Positions 21,643 to 39,879 of a DNA stretch of 64,000 bases are shown piece by piece; the stretch's first letter is position 1, and each line of letters starts with the position of its first letter. The notes under the pieces were generated by a model that had not been told where the DNA came from, ran no database searches, and saw only the letters and a list, made by a program, of their open reading frames with translations. Source of the stretch: Chrysomallon squamiferum (lineage: Eukaryota > Animalia > Mollusca); the NCBI GenBank assembly GCA_012295275.1, contig CM022676.1, positions 12,028,001-12,092,000 on the forward strand, written 5' to 3'. Both the position numbers and the translations under genes were made by a program.

Positions 21643-22744
21643 ATGTCTTCAATAGATCGTCTTGCGTTGCCTAGGCGACACAAAATCTTTGACGACCAGT
21701 TACTTCCCCTGGGTGACACTCTCCCGTACTGGTCGGTTCTGTCCCTGGATTCCAAGCTGCCCATAGTCACCTCTCCCCGGGGCGCGTACACGCTGAGTAC
21801 CACGGAGCTGGGTACGCCCAAATACGTAAACAAACAAAGATACGACTTCGACCTCACAGATCCACTGGGTAACTCAATCGTATCTCTCAACTAAACAGAG
21901 CTGAACAGACATTTTTCTAGTGACAAGTTATAACAGACACAGTAATAAGTGAAACACTGCAATGCTCTGAAAGAGTGTATAAAACATACTCTTTTACCTA
22001 CGTACAAAGAAAAACGAAATTTCGAAATATAAGTTTACATTCTGTTTAGAATGGATCAAATATACTAAATTTTTAAAAAGTATTTTTTTTTTCTGTTGAT
22101 TTTGTTTTCTCTATCATATATATATATATATTAATTTCTTGTCTAGTCGTTCAGCATGTGCATGTTTGTGTATCTTTTCTTTGTTTAATTTTCTTGTTGT
22201 TTTTCTTCTTTTTTCTTATTTGTGCATATGTATATACATATTATTTTGTCGTCTGGCAGGACACCAAATGAAGGACACTTACAACTCTCTGCACGACCCG
22301 TATTTGAAAGGACACTTTGACGATCCACGGAACAGAAAACTTCTCATTAACAACGGTTTGCTGACGAAGACAGGACGCGTGGTGTGCGACCTCAAAGAGT
22401 TCAACAAGTACAGGGAATACCTCCACCACCGCAACGCCACGCTGCTGAACATGCGCAACCGGAAGGAAGAGAGAGGCACGAAGCCTGTTAGAAGGAAACG
22501 GGAGCCGCGCACGCGCAGTGACGGATCCCTATCGGGAAAGGGAGACGAGTCGATCGGTAGCAGATTTTCCATGTACAGTAATACGAGTCTCGTAGAAAAG
22601 ATACGACAACGCGAAGCTGCCATCGCTCAGCAGCTGAACGAGAAACGCAGGCTGCAAGCTGAGAGTCACGCGCGCAGGGTCAAGGCCGCGTGGGAAGAGC
22701 GGAAGAGAAGACAGGAAGAAGCCCTGAAAAGGAAGAAGCCCTGA
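21643..22744 (+). CDS. Short protein resembling the N-terminal region of fibrous sheath-interacting protein 2 (FSIP2-like), 236 aa as assembled
   Basis: Exons 21643-21868 and 22260-22744 joined by a phase-1 GT-AG intron. LSLDSKLP..DFDLTDPLG..YNSLHDPYLKGHF..LINNGLLTKTGRVVCDLKEFNKYREYL matches from memory the FSIP2 N-terminal pattern (F.LTDP..Y.SLHDP.L..VVC.L.E.NKYR.YL), followed by a charged coiled coil. Confidence 0.75.
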
Positions 22745-24184
22745 AAAAGGAAGAAGCCCTGAAAAAGGAAGAAGCCCTGAAAAAGGAAGGAAGAAGCCCT
22801 GAAGAAGGATACGGCTCTGACCGAGAGAAAAGAACAAAAATCTCAACGTTTTGCTTAAAACACTTCCGTAGCCAAATCTCCATTTTAGTTATTTATCTCT
22901 TTACTTACTTAAGTGTTTGTTTGTTTATTTATCTGGTTAATTAGTTACTGACTTACTTACGTATTTATATATAATTAATTAATTAATTAATTTATTTATT
23001 TATATTTTTATTAATTAATTTACTTTTATATTTATTAATTAATTTATTTAAATATATATTTATTAATATATTTACTCATTTATTTATGTATGTATTTATT
23101 TGTGAGGATTTGGGGGTTTTTTTTGTTGTTGTTGGAGGTTTTTTGGTGGGTTTCTTTAATCAAATAACAAATAATTTACGATCCTGGTTAATACATTTAC
23201 AAGGTTTTATACGCTTACTAACTGCACATTAAAATATGCTGAGAATTTTTTGTTTTACAGACTACAGATACCTAATAATACTGGCTCGGAAAATGCATAG
23301 TGACAAGTTAGGTAACTCTGATACGCACGTACCGAGTTATTCCCCTTCAGCAGGGAATATTCTATTGAAATTTAACATATTTGTGACTTGATGATTGTTA
23401 ATAAAAGTTTATTCAGTACTGAAAAAAAAAAAAAAAAGACAAGACAAAGGAGAAAGAAAGAAAATGGATTTATGTGTATTTCCTATTTATGTATTTACGT
23501 TAGTTGTGTGCTTTATATGTGTATGTGTGTGTGTCTCTGTGTGTGTATGTTTCCCCAAAGATGTCTTTCTCGATATGTGATTACACTACTAAATAAAATT
23601 ATGTCTAATTTGACTAATTTGATACATGAAGTTTCTAATTAGAACTGTTTTTATATCTGTCCTGAAGAATATCGATAGAATTTTATATTATTCATATTTG
23701 CTGTTTTCTTGAGACAAAACAACAAACACACATAGACACACATATACATACATATATAAATACATACATACATACAGTCATAGACACACGCATTCATAAA
23801 CCCCACACATACACAGACTCAAATACAAACACACCAAAACCACAAACACAAATATATACAACACACGCATATACCTACATGCATTCATATATTCATAATG
23901 TTATACAATGTATGTACGCACATCACTTTCAACTGTACTAAATATAAGCAATTCGTAATAAATGAAGATTCTGTGTTAAATTCAATCTCGTTAATTTTAA
24001 TTTTATTACTATCATATCATATGTTACAAATTAATACTGCATACACATGTGCATCTATATCATTACACCCCCACTACTTAGCGATTATATATGACGTCAT
24101 ATCCTGACGTCACAAAAAGATTCATTTTTTCGAAACAGTTTCTTGAATTATTGTGCCTATACGCATATTGAGATATTTATATAC

Positions 24185-27213
<3,029 letters not shown>

Positions 27214-27305
27214 TATGGCTGACCTTTAAATATAATAAGCAGATTGTCAGAACTTGATATTCAACCTTTGATTTATTTATTTATTTATTTATTTATTTAT
27301 TTTAT

Positions 27306-27406
<101 letters not shown>

Positions 27407-27925
27407 GTTTTTATTACTTTTTCTAAATTTTATTTCGTTTTTATTTATTTACCTTTTTTTTTTTTTTTTTTTTTTTAATCCAGTGTTGATATAAAGATGG
27501 AAAAAATAAATAACAATAATAATAAAAATAACTAAATACAAATTTAATACGGGCAAACACAACGTTCAGACATTAAAGAATCGATTTAACCCTGAACTGA
27601 GTTAGTAGTCTGTGAAAACATCAAACACCCGTTAATATCACGTAACGACAAATGTGCAATAACAGAGGTTACTGACCGGACTTTGATACTATTTCAAAAC
27701 TGTTAGCACGTCAACAGATATAATGAAATCAAGAGACGTTTTAAATTTGATTCTCTAAAAGTATGTAATGCGTGTCAATGAAATAATTTTAAAATTACTG
27801 ACAGATAGCAGAATGAGAACTACATCGCCTCAACGCCCGATAAGAAACCTGTCTGACGTGAAATGATTTGTCTGCACTCGTAAGTCGAGCTAAATCCTCA
27901 TCACAAAATTGTCTTCTCATCTGAA

Positions 27926-28045
<120 letters not shown>

Positions 28046-29579
28046 AGCCTAAGATAATACTTACAACACGGAATAATAGAAAACTATTTTCTCAAACAAA
28101 AGCAAAGAAATGAAGCCATGTTCTGCGACCAGTCACTGAACTCGTGCACAGGTTGAAACACGAGTGAACTGAGTCTACGCGGAGAGCTTCACCCGGACAC
28201 GTTGCATGGTTTCTAATGCACACTTTTCTCTGTTTATCGTTGTTAAGATTTCTGTTTTCACGTTTATTTCAATGTTATGCTTTAATATATCAGAGGCGGA
28301 CCCGCCAGATCAGAAAGAGGGGTCACGTGATCGCGACCTTCCAGCTGATAAAACTTTAGCGATGAAGCGAGATTAATGACAGTTAAAAAAATGAGGGGTA
28401 TGTCTGACGTAGTCTGTCGCTAATCCCTAAATCCGAACCTGAATTTAATCAAATCTGCAGATAAAGAGCAAGATTTTAGACGATTCAGTTTACTGGGAAA
28501 CTGGAATATTATTAACCGCGGCAGAAAGAATGCTGGGTAATAAATTAGTCTCGTTATCGATGACCGAGTCAGTTAGGTTGACCTGCTTGAAAGTTTTGAA
28601 CAAAGTAAACGATTGAAAAGTGATTAATCATCTCAATGCTTTTAAGTTGTTATCGGCGCTCGTCAAAAAGGGTTTATATTCGTGTTTGCTTTATGACTTC
28701 AGTCTATCATGTAGGATATCTAAGTATTTAGATTGGTAAAAAAAAAAAAAAAAAAAAAATAATAAGTGTTTTGTTATGACGTATTGAATGATTGATAACA
28801 ATTACGACTTGATTTAGCTGTCGTAAAGAAATAATATAAATTAAATATTATTTTAATTTCGAATAGTGTTTGCGACGTAAATAGGTGTATATAAGTGGCT
28901 GTGTTTATGTGTGTATGTTTTAGGATACTCGTGAAGGTATGCGTGCTTGTTTCTTTGTATTTGCATGTGTGCATACTTACATACTTGGTGACAAAGAGAG
29001 AAATTAAAACACAAAAAGAAAAAACAGAACGTGATCACGTCATGCGGAAACATGAGAGAGACTTGCGTGTAAGAAAGACCAGACGGCTCAGACATGAAGG
29101 TCAAACAGAGAAGAAGACAGGTAAATGATGAACATATTAACGTTAAAGATGACTAATGTTTAAAATCACACAAAGACACACGCACATTTACACGCATATT
29201 TACACGCACGAACGGACTCCTTCACACACTCTCACTCACGTGCATTTATATAAATAGATAACACTTGTCAACACTGGGCTTTAATACAAACATTAGACAC
29301 GCTAATACACTAATATACATGCATATATACACAAATACATACACACATACACGCACGCACAAATGTATACGCAGACATGCACGTACAAACACACTAATAC
29401 AGTGTATACACTGACTCTCACACACTCACACACATATACACACACATACACGCACATGCAACACACACGCATACGCACACACATATGACAGATTGGCCTT
29501 CTGCAGTCAACGTATGGGGACAATTAGACTACGTCATTCAATTGGCGCGATATTTGTTTGATAATTATTATTATTATTA

Positions 29580-29616
<37 letters not shown>

Positions 29617-29740
29617 TTCATTCATTCATTCATTAAATTGAAATACAAATGCTGAAACGAAAATGATAAAGAATATAATGTACAACAGTTAAAGAAGAAA
29701 AATTAATATTACTGTTTTGTTTTGTTTGGGTTTTTAATAA

Positions 29741-30757
29741 CCCGAGCGCCCTCTGGCGGAGATCAGCTCAGTCAGACATTTGGATGGATCTCTCCGCCAG
29801 ATACAGTTTTGTATCGTTTTTTTCTCTAATCTTTGCGATTACGCCTAGTATACTAATTTAACAATAATTTTGGCATCAAATCGACCAATTTCGAGTTCGC
29901 TGGTATCATAAAAAATACCATCCATTCTTACATACACACGCTACAAAAAAAAATCCTAGACAGTATCACAAAATCATTGACTCGGAAATCTTCGGACATG
30001 TTTGAATCGACGTCAGTCGTGACGTAGAGGTCATCTGATTAACACGTGACAGCTCCCTAGCGCGACGCACAGCAGGGTTCGACTCGGTGTAGCAAAGATT
30101 CCTGATACGACGGTGAAAGTCGCTAGCTGTGTTTTTAAAGAACTCTGTTTCAGTTTCGAAACACGGAACAAATACGTGGACCATGCAGATTCAGTTTTAC
30201 TCTCCCCCCACAGGATACGTTTTGCCATCGCTGATCATAGGAAGAGTTAATGTTTGTAAACGTCAAACATTATACATCAAAACTAAATAGTTCTTAAATA
30301 GAAGCAGTGTATTTATTTTGTAAATAACTAGGAATTAAACAGTAAAGAAATAATTTGAACATGAGACGTATTGTGTACTGACACATCCCCTCACGTGCTT
30401 CCCGCTCAATAGCTGACGCCTGCTAGTCAGCTGACAGTTACGTCACAATTGAGGTCGATTCAAACGTTTCCGAAGATTGCCGAATCAGTGATTTCTGTGA
30501 TTTCTGGGATTTCTTCTTGTAGTTTGTGTATGTACCGCTATAAGGTACTTTTTATGAAACCAGCGAACTCGAGAATGACCGATCTAAAGGAATGTAAAGT
30601 CAGAATTATTCTTAAATTAGTAAATTAGCAGGAATCGTTCCTAGCCGTACGTTTGACGAAGATTAGCGAGACAACGATATAGATCTACCTCTAGCAGAGA
30701 TCCAGAGTTATCCTTCCACGTGTCCACTGAGCTGTTCTCCGCCAGAGGACGCTCGGG
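29741..30757. mobile_element. Putative non-autonomous DNA transposon (about 1.0 kb) with terminal inverted repeats
   Basis: Left end cccgagcgccctctggcggagatcagctcagt versus the reverse complement of the right end cccgagcgtcctctggcggagaacagctcagt (30 of 32 identical), with weaker pairing further inward. No clear TSD and no intact transposase. Confidence 0.7.
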
Positions 30758-30958
30758 CTTGTTTTTTTAAAGATAAAACTTTAGGAAAACAACAACAGCA
30801 ATTTTATAATATCCTTTTAATCTCTGGATCAGTATCGATAGACAAGCGATCCTGATATTATCGATTATCTGAAATACAATACCAGTGATTTTAGAACGTG
30901 CTGACAGCTCGCGTTTTAACTAAGTCTTGATAACTATATAAAATGACGTCATCACACC

Positions 30959-30989
<31 letters not shown>

Positions 30990-32415
30990 AATAATAATAA
31001 TAATTAAAAAATAAATAAATTAAAAATTAAAAATAATAATAACAACAAAACGTACTTCGTCATTCTGACTTTAATCACACATATCCTGTTTCTGTTTTTA
31101 TTTCTGTCTTTGTTTAGTTTGTCACAACAAAACAACACAAAGTCACGTTTTGAATAAAAAACATTTCTACCAATACACACCGCCATAAAATTTACAGAAA
31201 AAAGAATCTTAATGGTAACAGAAATCCATAGATTTACAATAGAGTCTTTCAAGTTTTGTAATAAACAAACAAACAAACAAACAAAAACAAACAAACAAAT
31301 TAATAAATAATAAATAAATAAATAGGAATTATTGGTGCATATTAATCATTATTTATAGATTTATTCTTTGATTATTTATTCATTCATTTATTCATTTACT
31401 TACTTATTTATTCATCTGTTCATGTGTATATTCTTTATTTATTTATTCATTTACTTATTCATTCATTCAGTCATTCATTCATTCATTCATTATTTATTTG
31501 TCATATTTTTTTCCTCTTTCGTTAGTTTGTCCACATCTACAACTACAACTGGATCCGACCCTGAAAAATGTCGTCGTGACTGTCGTGATTGGAATCAATG
31601 GATAACTTCACACTAAAACAATGACGGTGACGTCAAGTCATCCGGAACAGTGAACTCGGATCTGTACTTTGTCACGTGTTGGGATTAGCCAGGTAAACAG
31701 AGAACAAACAAAAGTATCAGACAATCTACGTTTAGGTACATTAATTAACTCTAGCGCTTTGTGAAGAGTAATCCAAGAATAAAACATAGTCAGCATTCTG
31801 CAGGTATAAATAGATAAATTATACCTGTATGGAGTTATGAATGTAGAATATTATACAAACAGAACACAGTTAATATTAAACTTATTCCAATTATTTCTTC
31901 TCGTTTTATTATTTTATTTATTTATTTACGATTATTATTATTATTTATTACTTAATGCTCAGTAAACCTTAAGACATCAGAGAGACGTAAATCGAAGATC
32001 GTCAGCTGATTAAAGGTATGAACATAATCATCACTGTCCTTTGTTCAACCGATCGTAAAAGAAACAGGTGATTCGGGTGTTGTTTTGTTTATTAGTTTCA
32101 TCGACTCGTCAAGGATATCAACTCTGCGATAACGAACACCTATCGACCAATTTGACCTTCGATGTTTTCAAGTGTTCATCAAACTATTTCAATTTTCAGG
32201 TTAAAATATGTAAACGTGAGATACTGTCATTGATGTCGATCGTATTTCTTTAAAGCATTTTCCCTTTTCTTTCTTTCGTTTTGTTTGTATTCAGCTAACT
32301 TGTGTTCCATGACGTCTCTTTTTCCGTCTGTTTATCTCTCTATCTATCCCTCTCTGTCTTTCTGTCTCTCTTTCTTCCCGTGTCTCTGTCAGCCTGGGTA
32401 TTATCTACCCTATGT

Positions 32416-32525
<110 letters not shown>

Positions 32526-33067
32526 CTCTCTCTCCCCCTCACTCTCTGTCTCTCTCTCTCTCTCTCCACCACCACCACCACAATCACAACCTAACTGAAT
32601 AAAATATCTGAAATAATAACACAGATCCACACACTGAATTAGGAGCCTGAAAATTTATTAACAAAAATTTCCGTTCACAAACATTAAGTTAAGATAATCT
32701 TTACTTTAGTTAAACTAAAACAAAACACGTGAATCAGTGATCCCTTCTCACATTGATTTGTCAGTGCATGAGTCGATACTGCTAAGCAGATTTGTATTTT
32801 TGTATTATTTTTTTTTTGTTTTTTGTTTTTGCGTTGTCAGTTAAACAACAGAACGTCTCTTGTACCTGCTCTTCGCTTTCATCCTGAGCTAGCGGACAAT
32901 AGAGAGAGAAATAAATTAATCTCGATGGAAATATCGACAAAGATGAGATCAAAAACGACGTTAGTAACGGTTAATTAATGAAGCACAATTTAAAGACATC
33001 AATAATTTAGTTTTCAAAGCTAAGCAGTTGAAGTAACGCCTATTAAAGTTAAATAAATAAATAAATA

Positions 33068-33098
<31 letters not shown>

Positions 33099-33649
33099 GC
33101 TATTTGATACATTTATTTCTTCACTGATTTATTGCACGCATGTGTATTCATTCATACAAACAAAACAAACTTAACGCTGTTATTACGTCACTGACAATGG
33201 AATGACGTAAGGTGAAAGGTACATACTGGAGGGTTCATTCGTTGCAGAATATTGTTTTTCAAGTAAGTCTGCATGATTTTAGGTTTTCTCTGTAATTTTA
33301 AACTGCAGTTATTTTATTTGTTTGTCTGTTCGTTTGTTTGTTTGTTTGTTTGTTTGACATTCACATGAATTAAACACGTGTTTTCTGTCCTCATCACACT
33401 GTCTGTTCCGCTGTCTTTCTGTCTCTCATTCTCACAATGCTATGTCTCTTTCTTATTTTTTTTAATATTCTTTGTCATGGAACACACGCAAATAACTACA
33501 AAGGAGAATGCACGCATTCGTAGTCACGTGTACACTTAAAACAAAATGAATGAAGAATGTTTATTTATGACAAATAAATCTAGTTATAATTACAATTATT
33601 CTTAATAAAACAAACTGTGAGTTCTCTGTAAAACTAACTTAGATTATTC

Positions 33650-33685
<36 letters not shown>

Positions 33686-33806
33686 TTAATTAATCATTGG
33701 AAATGTTCCATGAAACAGTTTCATAGGTCAAGGTGAGATACTAACGTACACACAGACGTACAACAGAAGTATTGTACTCTGCTTTAGATCAATGGATCAG
33801 TAAAAC

Positions 33807-33840
<34 letters not shown>

Positions 33841-33866
33841 GTAGTAGTAGTAGTAGTAGTAGTAGT

Positions 33867-33904
<38 letters not shown>

Positions 33905-33917
33905 TAGTAGCAGCAGC

Positions 33918-33964
<47 letters not shown>

Positions 33965-34047
33965 TAGTAGTAGTAGTTGGTGTTGTTGTTGTTGTGGTAA
34001 TATAGTCATCTGCTCTTAAAATCAGTTCTAATACTATAAAGAATTGT

Positions 34048-34698
34048 TTACGAGGGAACAAAGTTGACTTTTCGTCCGATTTTCAAGACAGATATTTTCA
34101 GAGAGTAATGATAGCCTAACCACGAACTCCAGTCAACGCCGTCTGCGTAGCTCGTGTGGTTTCCCGCCAAATACAAACCATTCAGATTTGACGAATGACA
34201 TTTCCCGTACCACCATCCGCCTCTGTAGGACGTTGCGCAGTTGCCCGATTCGTGTGTGTCGTGGTCGCTGTCGTAGGTGGTGAAATTCAAACCACTGTGA
34301 TACGACAGACTGTCACCTGAAAGTAATAACACTGTCATCATTATCTGCATTGTCATCATCATCAGCAGCAGCATCGTCATTGGTAGCAGTCGTAGTGGTA
34401 AAGGTAATAATAGTGGTGGCTTGTGGTAGTGGTAGTGGTAGTGGTAGTTGTAGTATTAGCAACAGTAGTAGTAGTAGTGGTTCGTGTTGTTGCTGAAGTA
34501 GATGTGGTAGTATATAGTATTAATGGTAATAATAGCAATAACAGCTGTGATAACTGTAACAAAGTGAAATATCAAACGAGTAGTAGTAGTAGATGTATTA
34601 GTAGTACTAGTTGGCGTAGATGTAGTAGTTGTAGTAGTGGGAGTTGTAGAAGAGAGATAGAGTTAGAGAGGAAGATAGAAAATAAGAGAGAGAGAGGC

Positions 34699-34786
<88 letters not shown>

Positions 34787-37057
34787 AAACCTGAAGTTCC
34801 GCTGTATGTTCCCAGTCTCAGTTTGAAATATTCGTCTTCCGAGGCGAAGGAGAAATCGTCGTACCTAGCAAACCTTCTGTTTCCTTCGAAATCCTCCAAG
34901 TCCACTTGAAGCACGAACGCCCCCTCCGACGTCAGTCGGTGTATGTTGGCGTTACCTGCGAAAACAAACACGTAGTAGTGATGTTGTAACTCTCATAGCA
35001 ACTGTTATGAGACAACCACTTCATGAAGGACGTCACATGAAAATATACGGAAGTTATTAGATATCTTATTACTATTTTATTATTATTTATTTGTTTATGT
35101 AAATGATACGTATTATTAAACTTAGGGCGATTTTTTTCGAGACGACGCCTACTCATTGGTTGCTGAAAGTTATTTTCTATATTCTCTGAGTGAATGAAAT
35201 GATGGAAGTCCACTACTGTCTATTGTAGTGGTACAGAAACAGAGGTAGTGTAGTTTTGTCGTAGTTGATGATGTTGTTATAACTTTTACTTGTTGCAATA
35301 AGCGTAAAGGGCTGATTACCTAACCAAAACTCTCTATTCAAATCTCCGAATCCGGTTTTATAGTCATTCCAGGATCTGTAGAAATCTTCTGATCCGTCCA
35401 TTCTGCGCTGTATTACCTTGTGAAAAATAAATTAAATTTACATTTAATTTATCATGCGGGAAAAAAAAAGAAAAAAAAAAGGATTATAATCAAAGACTGG
35501 ACAAAAAGAACAGAACAGAATAAAGAAGGAATACAAAAAGCAAACTGAAGAGAAAAATGAAGACGAGAGAAGAAAAAGAGAAAGAAAGGTTTAAGGAGAG
35601 TGGCTGTTGAGAATCCTTCATACGAAATCCTTGGGACCGGAAGTGTTTCGGATTTCGGAATATGAGGACACAGCCTGAGAATGCAATCTAAATAAGAATT
35701 ACTTTATTTTTTTCATACAATATTTTTAATAATTCGGGGCTTAAAATAAAATTTGTGTGTGCAAAAAGTCCTAGAACTCTTAAATATCAGGATTTCTGCT
35801 GCTCAGAAAAGGTTTCTGATTTCAGAGCTTCTCGATTATCGAAATTTCGGAATAGGGATCTTCAACGAATATTATTATTATTATAAACCAGAAAATAAAA
35901 TTACTGAAGGCATACAAGTGAGAAATAAAGAAATAATTTCTTTTATGAAATTTCCATATGTTTTCAGTAAGTGTGGTACACAAAACATTGCAAAAAGAAA
36001 TTTCCATGGTAAAATTAATCGAAGGAATTAAGTTAGGTAAGGAATTAATATATTTTATCTTTTTATAACTTTCATTTTTTCTTCCTCGTTTTTTTTTCTT
36101 GCGTGATGTATTGAGTAATTCCTGTGTGTGTAATATTACAGCAGAAGATTATCAGAATCAATGAATCGAGAATCGATCCTGATACATAAAAAAACAATAT
36201 ACAAAGATATTGTCTGATCTATTATTCATTTTATCATCATCACAGTCATTATCAACAAAATCATTATCATAAAGATAGTTATCATATCAACATCATTATC
36301 ACCATCATGGTCAATATTGTCGACATCATTATCTTCATTGTCACCAACGTTATCATCATCATCAATAACATCAACGTCGTCATCACTATCAGCACCATCA
36401 TCATCTTGTTGTTGTTGTTTATTTTATATTTGTTAATGTAATTAATTATTTATTAATTTATTTACTGTTGTTGTTGTTGTTGTTATTATTATTATTTACT
36501 TTTTCTCATTATTTTTGGACTCTGTTTGTTTCGGGTCATCTCTTTTATTCTTACTTTGCTAACAAAACAAATCGAGAGACGTGTGTAAAACATATCGAGA
36601 GACGTGTGTAAAACAAATCGAGAGACGTGTGTAAAACATATCGAGCTGTTGTTTCGCAAGTTGATTTATAAATTTGGCAAAATACACCGGTTTACTTCAT
36701 AACCGACATAAACGTCAGGCTACCAGTCTAAGGTCAGTGACTTTATCCCAGCACCACAGGCTTGTTCTAGTTTTTATACTTGATTTAACTCGGGATTCAA
36801 GCACGCTTGAGATGTACGTTTTACAGAGAAAAGCTGGTGCTCACGAAAAGTCATACATTAAAACTAATTTTGCCAGATTTCACATGTTTATCGTTTCTCT
36901 TATTAAAAACGTGCTTGATAAATAAAACCACGCTACATTAATCCCATCTGCTGGTGATGTTATGCTGCTTGGTGTTCAGCCATTTCCATTTTTCTATTTC
37001 TCTTTCACGTCATCATCATCATCATCATCATCATCATTTACGTAGTTACTGCTGTTG

Positions 37058-37094
<37 letters not shown>

Positions 37095-37493
37095 CATCAT
37101 TATCATTATTATTTTTTTATTATTATTATTATTCATAGTAGTAGTAGTAGTTGTAGTATTACTACCACTACTACTACTAGAATTATTAATATTATTCTGC
37201 ATCTGTGCTGTAATTTGATTTAAATGCATCCTAACCATTATACTTTTATCAGTTTCCACACGTAATTTATTAATCGTATCTACTGGTCACGCCCAGCCTG
37301 TCTCACACTGTGGCTGTGTTAACATCAATCAATGAAATTTCATGCTCAACGTTTTCATTTTGTTCGTCGTGGCTCGAAATTGATATTTCTGTCATGTAGA
37401 AGGCGGAGACGGGTAATGGAGTAAGGAAAATGCATCACTGACACAAACAAACAAGAATAAAACTCTTACAAGTAATTAATTATAGGAAATTAA

Positions 37494-37574
<81 letters not shown>

Positions 37575-38830
37575 AATATCGAAATTAGTTAAATCCGTAT
37601 TCAAGAAATCTGATTAAAATAATTGATGTTGATGTTGATGATAACAACAGCAGCAGCAGCAACAACAACAGCAGTAACAGTAGTTAAAATAGTAGCAGCA
37701 ACAATAGCAAGAAGAAAAAGAAGAAGAATAACAAAAACAACAACAGCAACAGCAGCAAAGACAACAGCAAAAGTACTATTGTTATTATCATACCAGCCAT
37801 CCTGTGTCTTCTGTTATTTCACAAAATACGTCCAAGGTCGTGAGGTTGTCACGTGACGTAATAGTATAAATTCCGTCATTTGTGTTTCCGTTCATCATGA
37901 CGTCATAGCAGTCAAACTGAGGTGTTATAGGGACTATTTCTGAAAATAACGTCATACAAGTTACTTGAAACAATACTTAAACGCTAAATGATGATGATGA
38001 TGATGATGATAATAGTAATAATAATAATAATAACAATAATAATAATAATAGTAATAAAAAAAAATATTAAGTAATTAAAAATGAAAGAGAAATAAATATA
38101 AAAAGTTTGTAAAGTTTTAATAATTTTGAAACAGACATTAAATAAAATTATAATAAAATATGAAAGAACCAAACACCAAATGGTGATAAAACTATTTTAA
38201 GTAATACACAGATTAAACTGATAATTGATTAATTAGTTTATTCGCTGTAACATAAAACGTTTGTATCAAGTCTGTTTAGTGAAATAAATTATCAATCTAT
38301 GTGATAGAAAAATAAAAAATTAATAAATAAATAAAAATTGATCCACCTAAAATCACTGAAGTTGGATAAGCTTCTATTGTTGTTGTGATTGTTGTGATTG
38401 TTGTTGCTGTTGTTTCTGTTATTATTATTAAGAAGAAGAAGAAGAAGGGCAATTATTATTCAAATAAGAACTTACCATAGTTTCTGTTCCCACTCTGTTT
38501 AGCAAAGACTGCAGAATGCAGACTGATGTTATAAGCAGAGCATTGTTTGTTTATGTTGTTAAAAGAAAATGCTTTACACTGATGACCCCTTTGCCCGAAA
38601 CATGAGAATGCGCAGTGCATCTTTGTCGACTCGACAAACTCACCGAAACGAACGTCGACAATTTTTGCATCGTTGTAAACCGGAGATAATCTTACATTTG
38701 AAGTTTCACAGTCTGTTGTTGAATAAACAGCAGAAAGTAAATTAACTGTTATCGTCAGCAAAAGAAGCGAATGAAGATGATGGAATTTACGAAAACAACA
38801 AATCCATTTCAGAAGACTTGTATCAATCAT
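34048..38830 (-). CDS. Secreted PAN/apple-domain plus FReD protein (about 343 aa), paralogue of the 5047-11643 gene
   Basis: Exons 38830-38476, 37939-37794, 35416-35320, 34955-34791, 34316-34048. Internal exon sizes of 146/97/165 nt equal those of the + strand paralogue. Hydrophobic leader, PAN-like [29 protein letters not shown], and FReD motifs [44 protein letters not shown]. Confidence 0.92.
35604..35869. mobile_element. Degraded pogo/Tigger-type MITE in intron 2 of the - strand FReD gene
   Basis: Imperfect inverted ends gttgagaatccttcatacgaaat ... atttcggaatagggatcttcaac. The internal ttgggaccggaagtgtttcggatttcgga resembles, from memory, the Tigger4/MER46 terminal sequence. Confidence 0.6.
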
Positions 38831-39780
38831 GATGGCGAGATGATGTCTAAACAAAAATGAAGTATTTATTTACACTTGCTTCGTTCCGCTGTGAAATTAG
38901 AGTACAAATTTATGTTTGGCTCCTACACAGACTGAGTGCAAACGCAGAAGCCGACATCCGGTTTTTTTAAGTGAGAGATATGTCTGTCACATCGATTGGG
39001 TGACTCGGAAATAGAGAACACAAGAAAAAAATTAAAAATTTGAATCGATTATTGAGTTTCGTGATGGCGGATACATGTAAGACTACGGGATGGAGGGCGT
39101 GGTTGGGTTTATTTTGTACAACTCCCGGCGTGCTAATCACATTAATCTGAAATTTGCGAAAACTGATAAATTACTGTAGTACAACATGCTCCTAGGCACA
39201 AGGCAATTTAATTGTTTGTTTTTCATTCCCAATTTTCTTTACTACTACTACTACTACTACTAATAATAATAATAGTAATAATGACAATCATGTCTTCTTA
39301 TAATAACAAAATAAGAACAACAATAATAGTCAAATTAATTAATTAATTAACTTAGATCATTTCAAGTCACAAATTTTTATTTCAGAGTACCAGATTATTG
39401 TTACCAATAACAAGATAAAAATAGAAACGAATTAATTAATTGATGTCAACATCGGAGTACTCCGTGAAACTGACATCAAAGAACTGTTAATTGTGACTGA
39501 TTTCCACGCGACTGATTCCGGCAATGTTTTCACAGGATGTAATCTTATCTTGTTATTTCTGCTTTTTTAACCGTGACACCCCACTTCACAACACCGACCG
39601 ACAACCAGGAATTCATTTTTATATATACTGCAGTAAACAAACATTTTCTTTTTCTCTCTCGCTTTCCTTAGTGACTATGCATGCATCTTCCTCTGAAAAA
39701 CACGAAAATATTTGAACATTAGAAATGATAATTTTCCTCTCCTCGATGACAGATAAAAACGTTTCAGGATTTCTAATATT

Positions 39781-39843
<63 letters not shown>

Positions 39844-39879
39844 GGATTTTTTTATGTGACTATAAATATGGATGCACGA

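Noticed and set aside
28291-28441. Possible hAT-like MITE (cagaggcgga ... tccgaacctg)
   Set aside because: The inverted match is short and imperfect, and there is no 8-bp target-site duplication.
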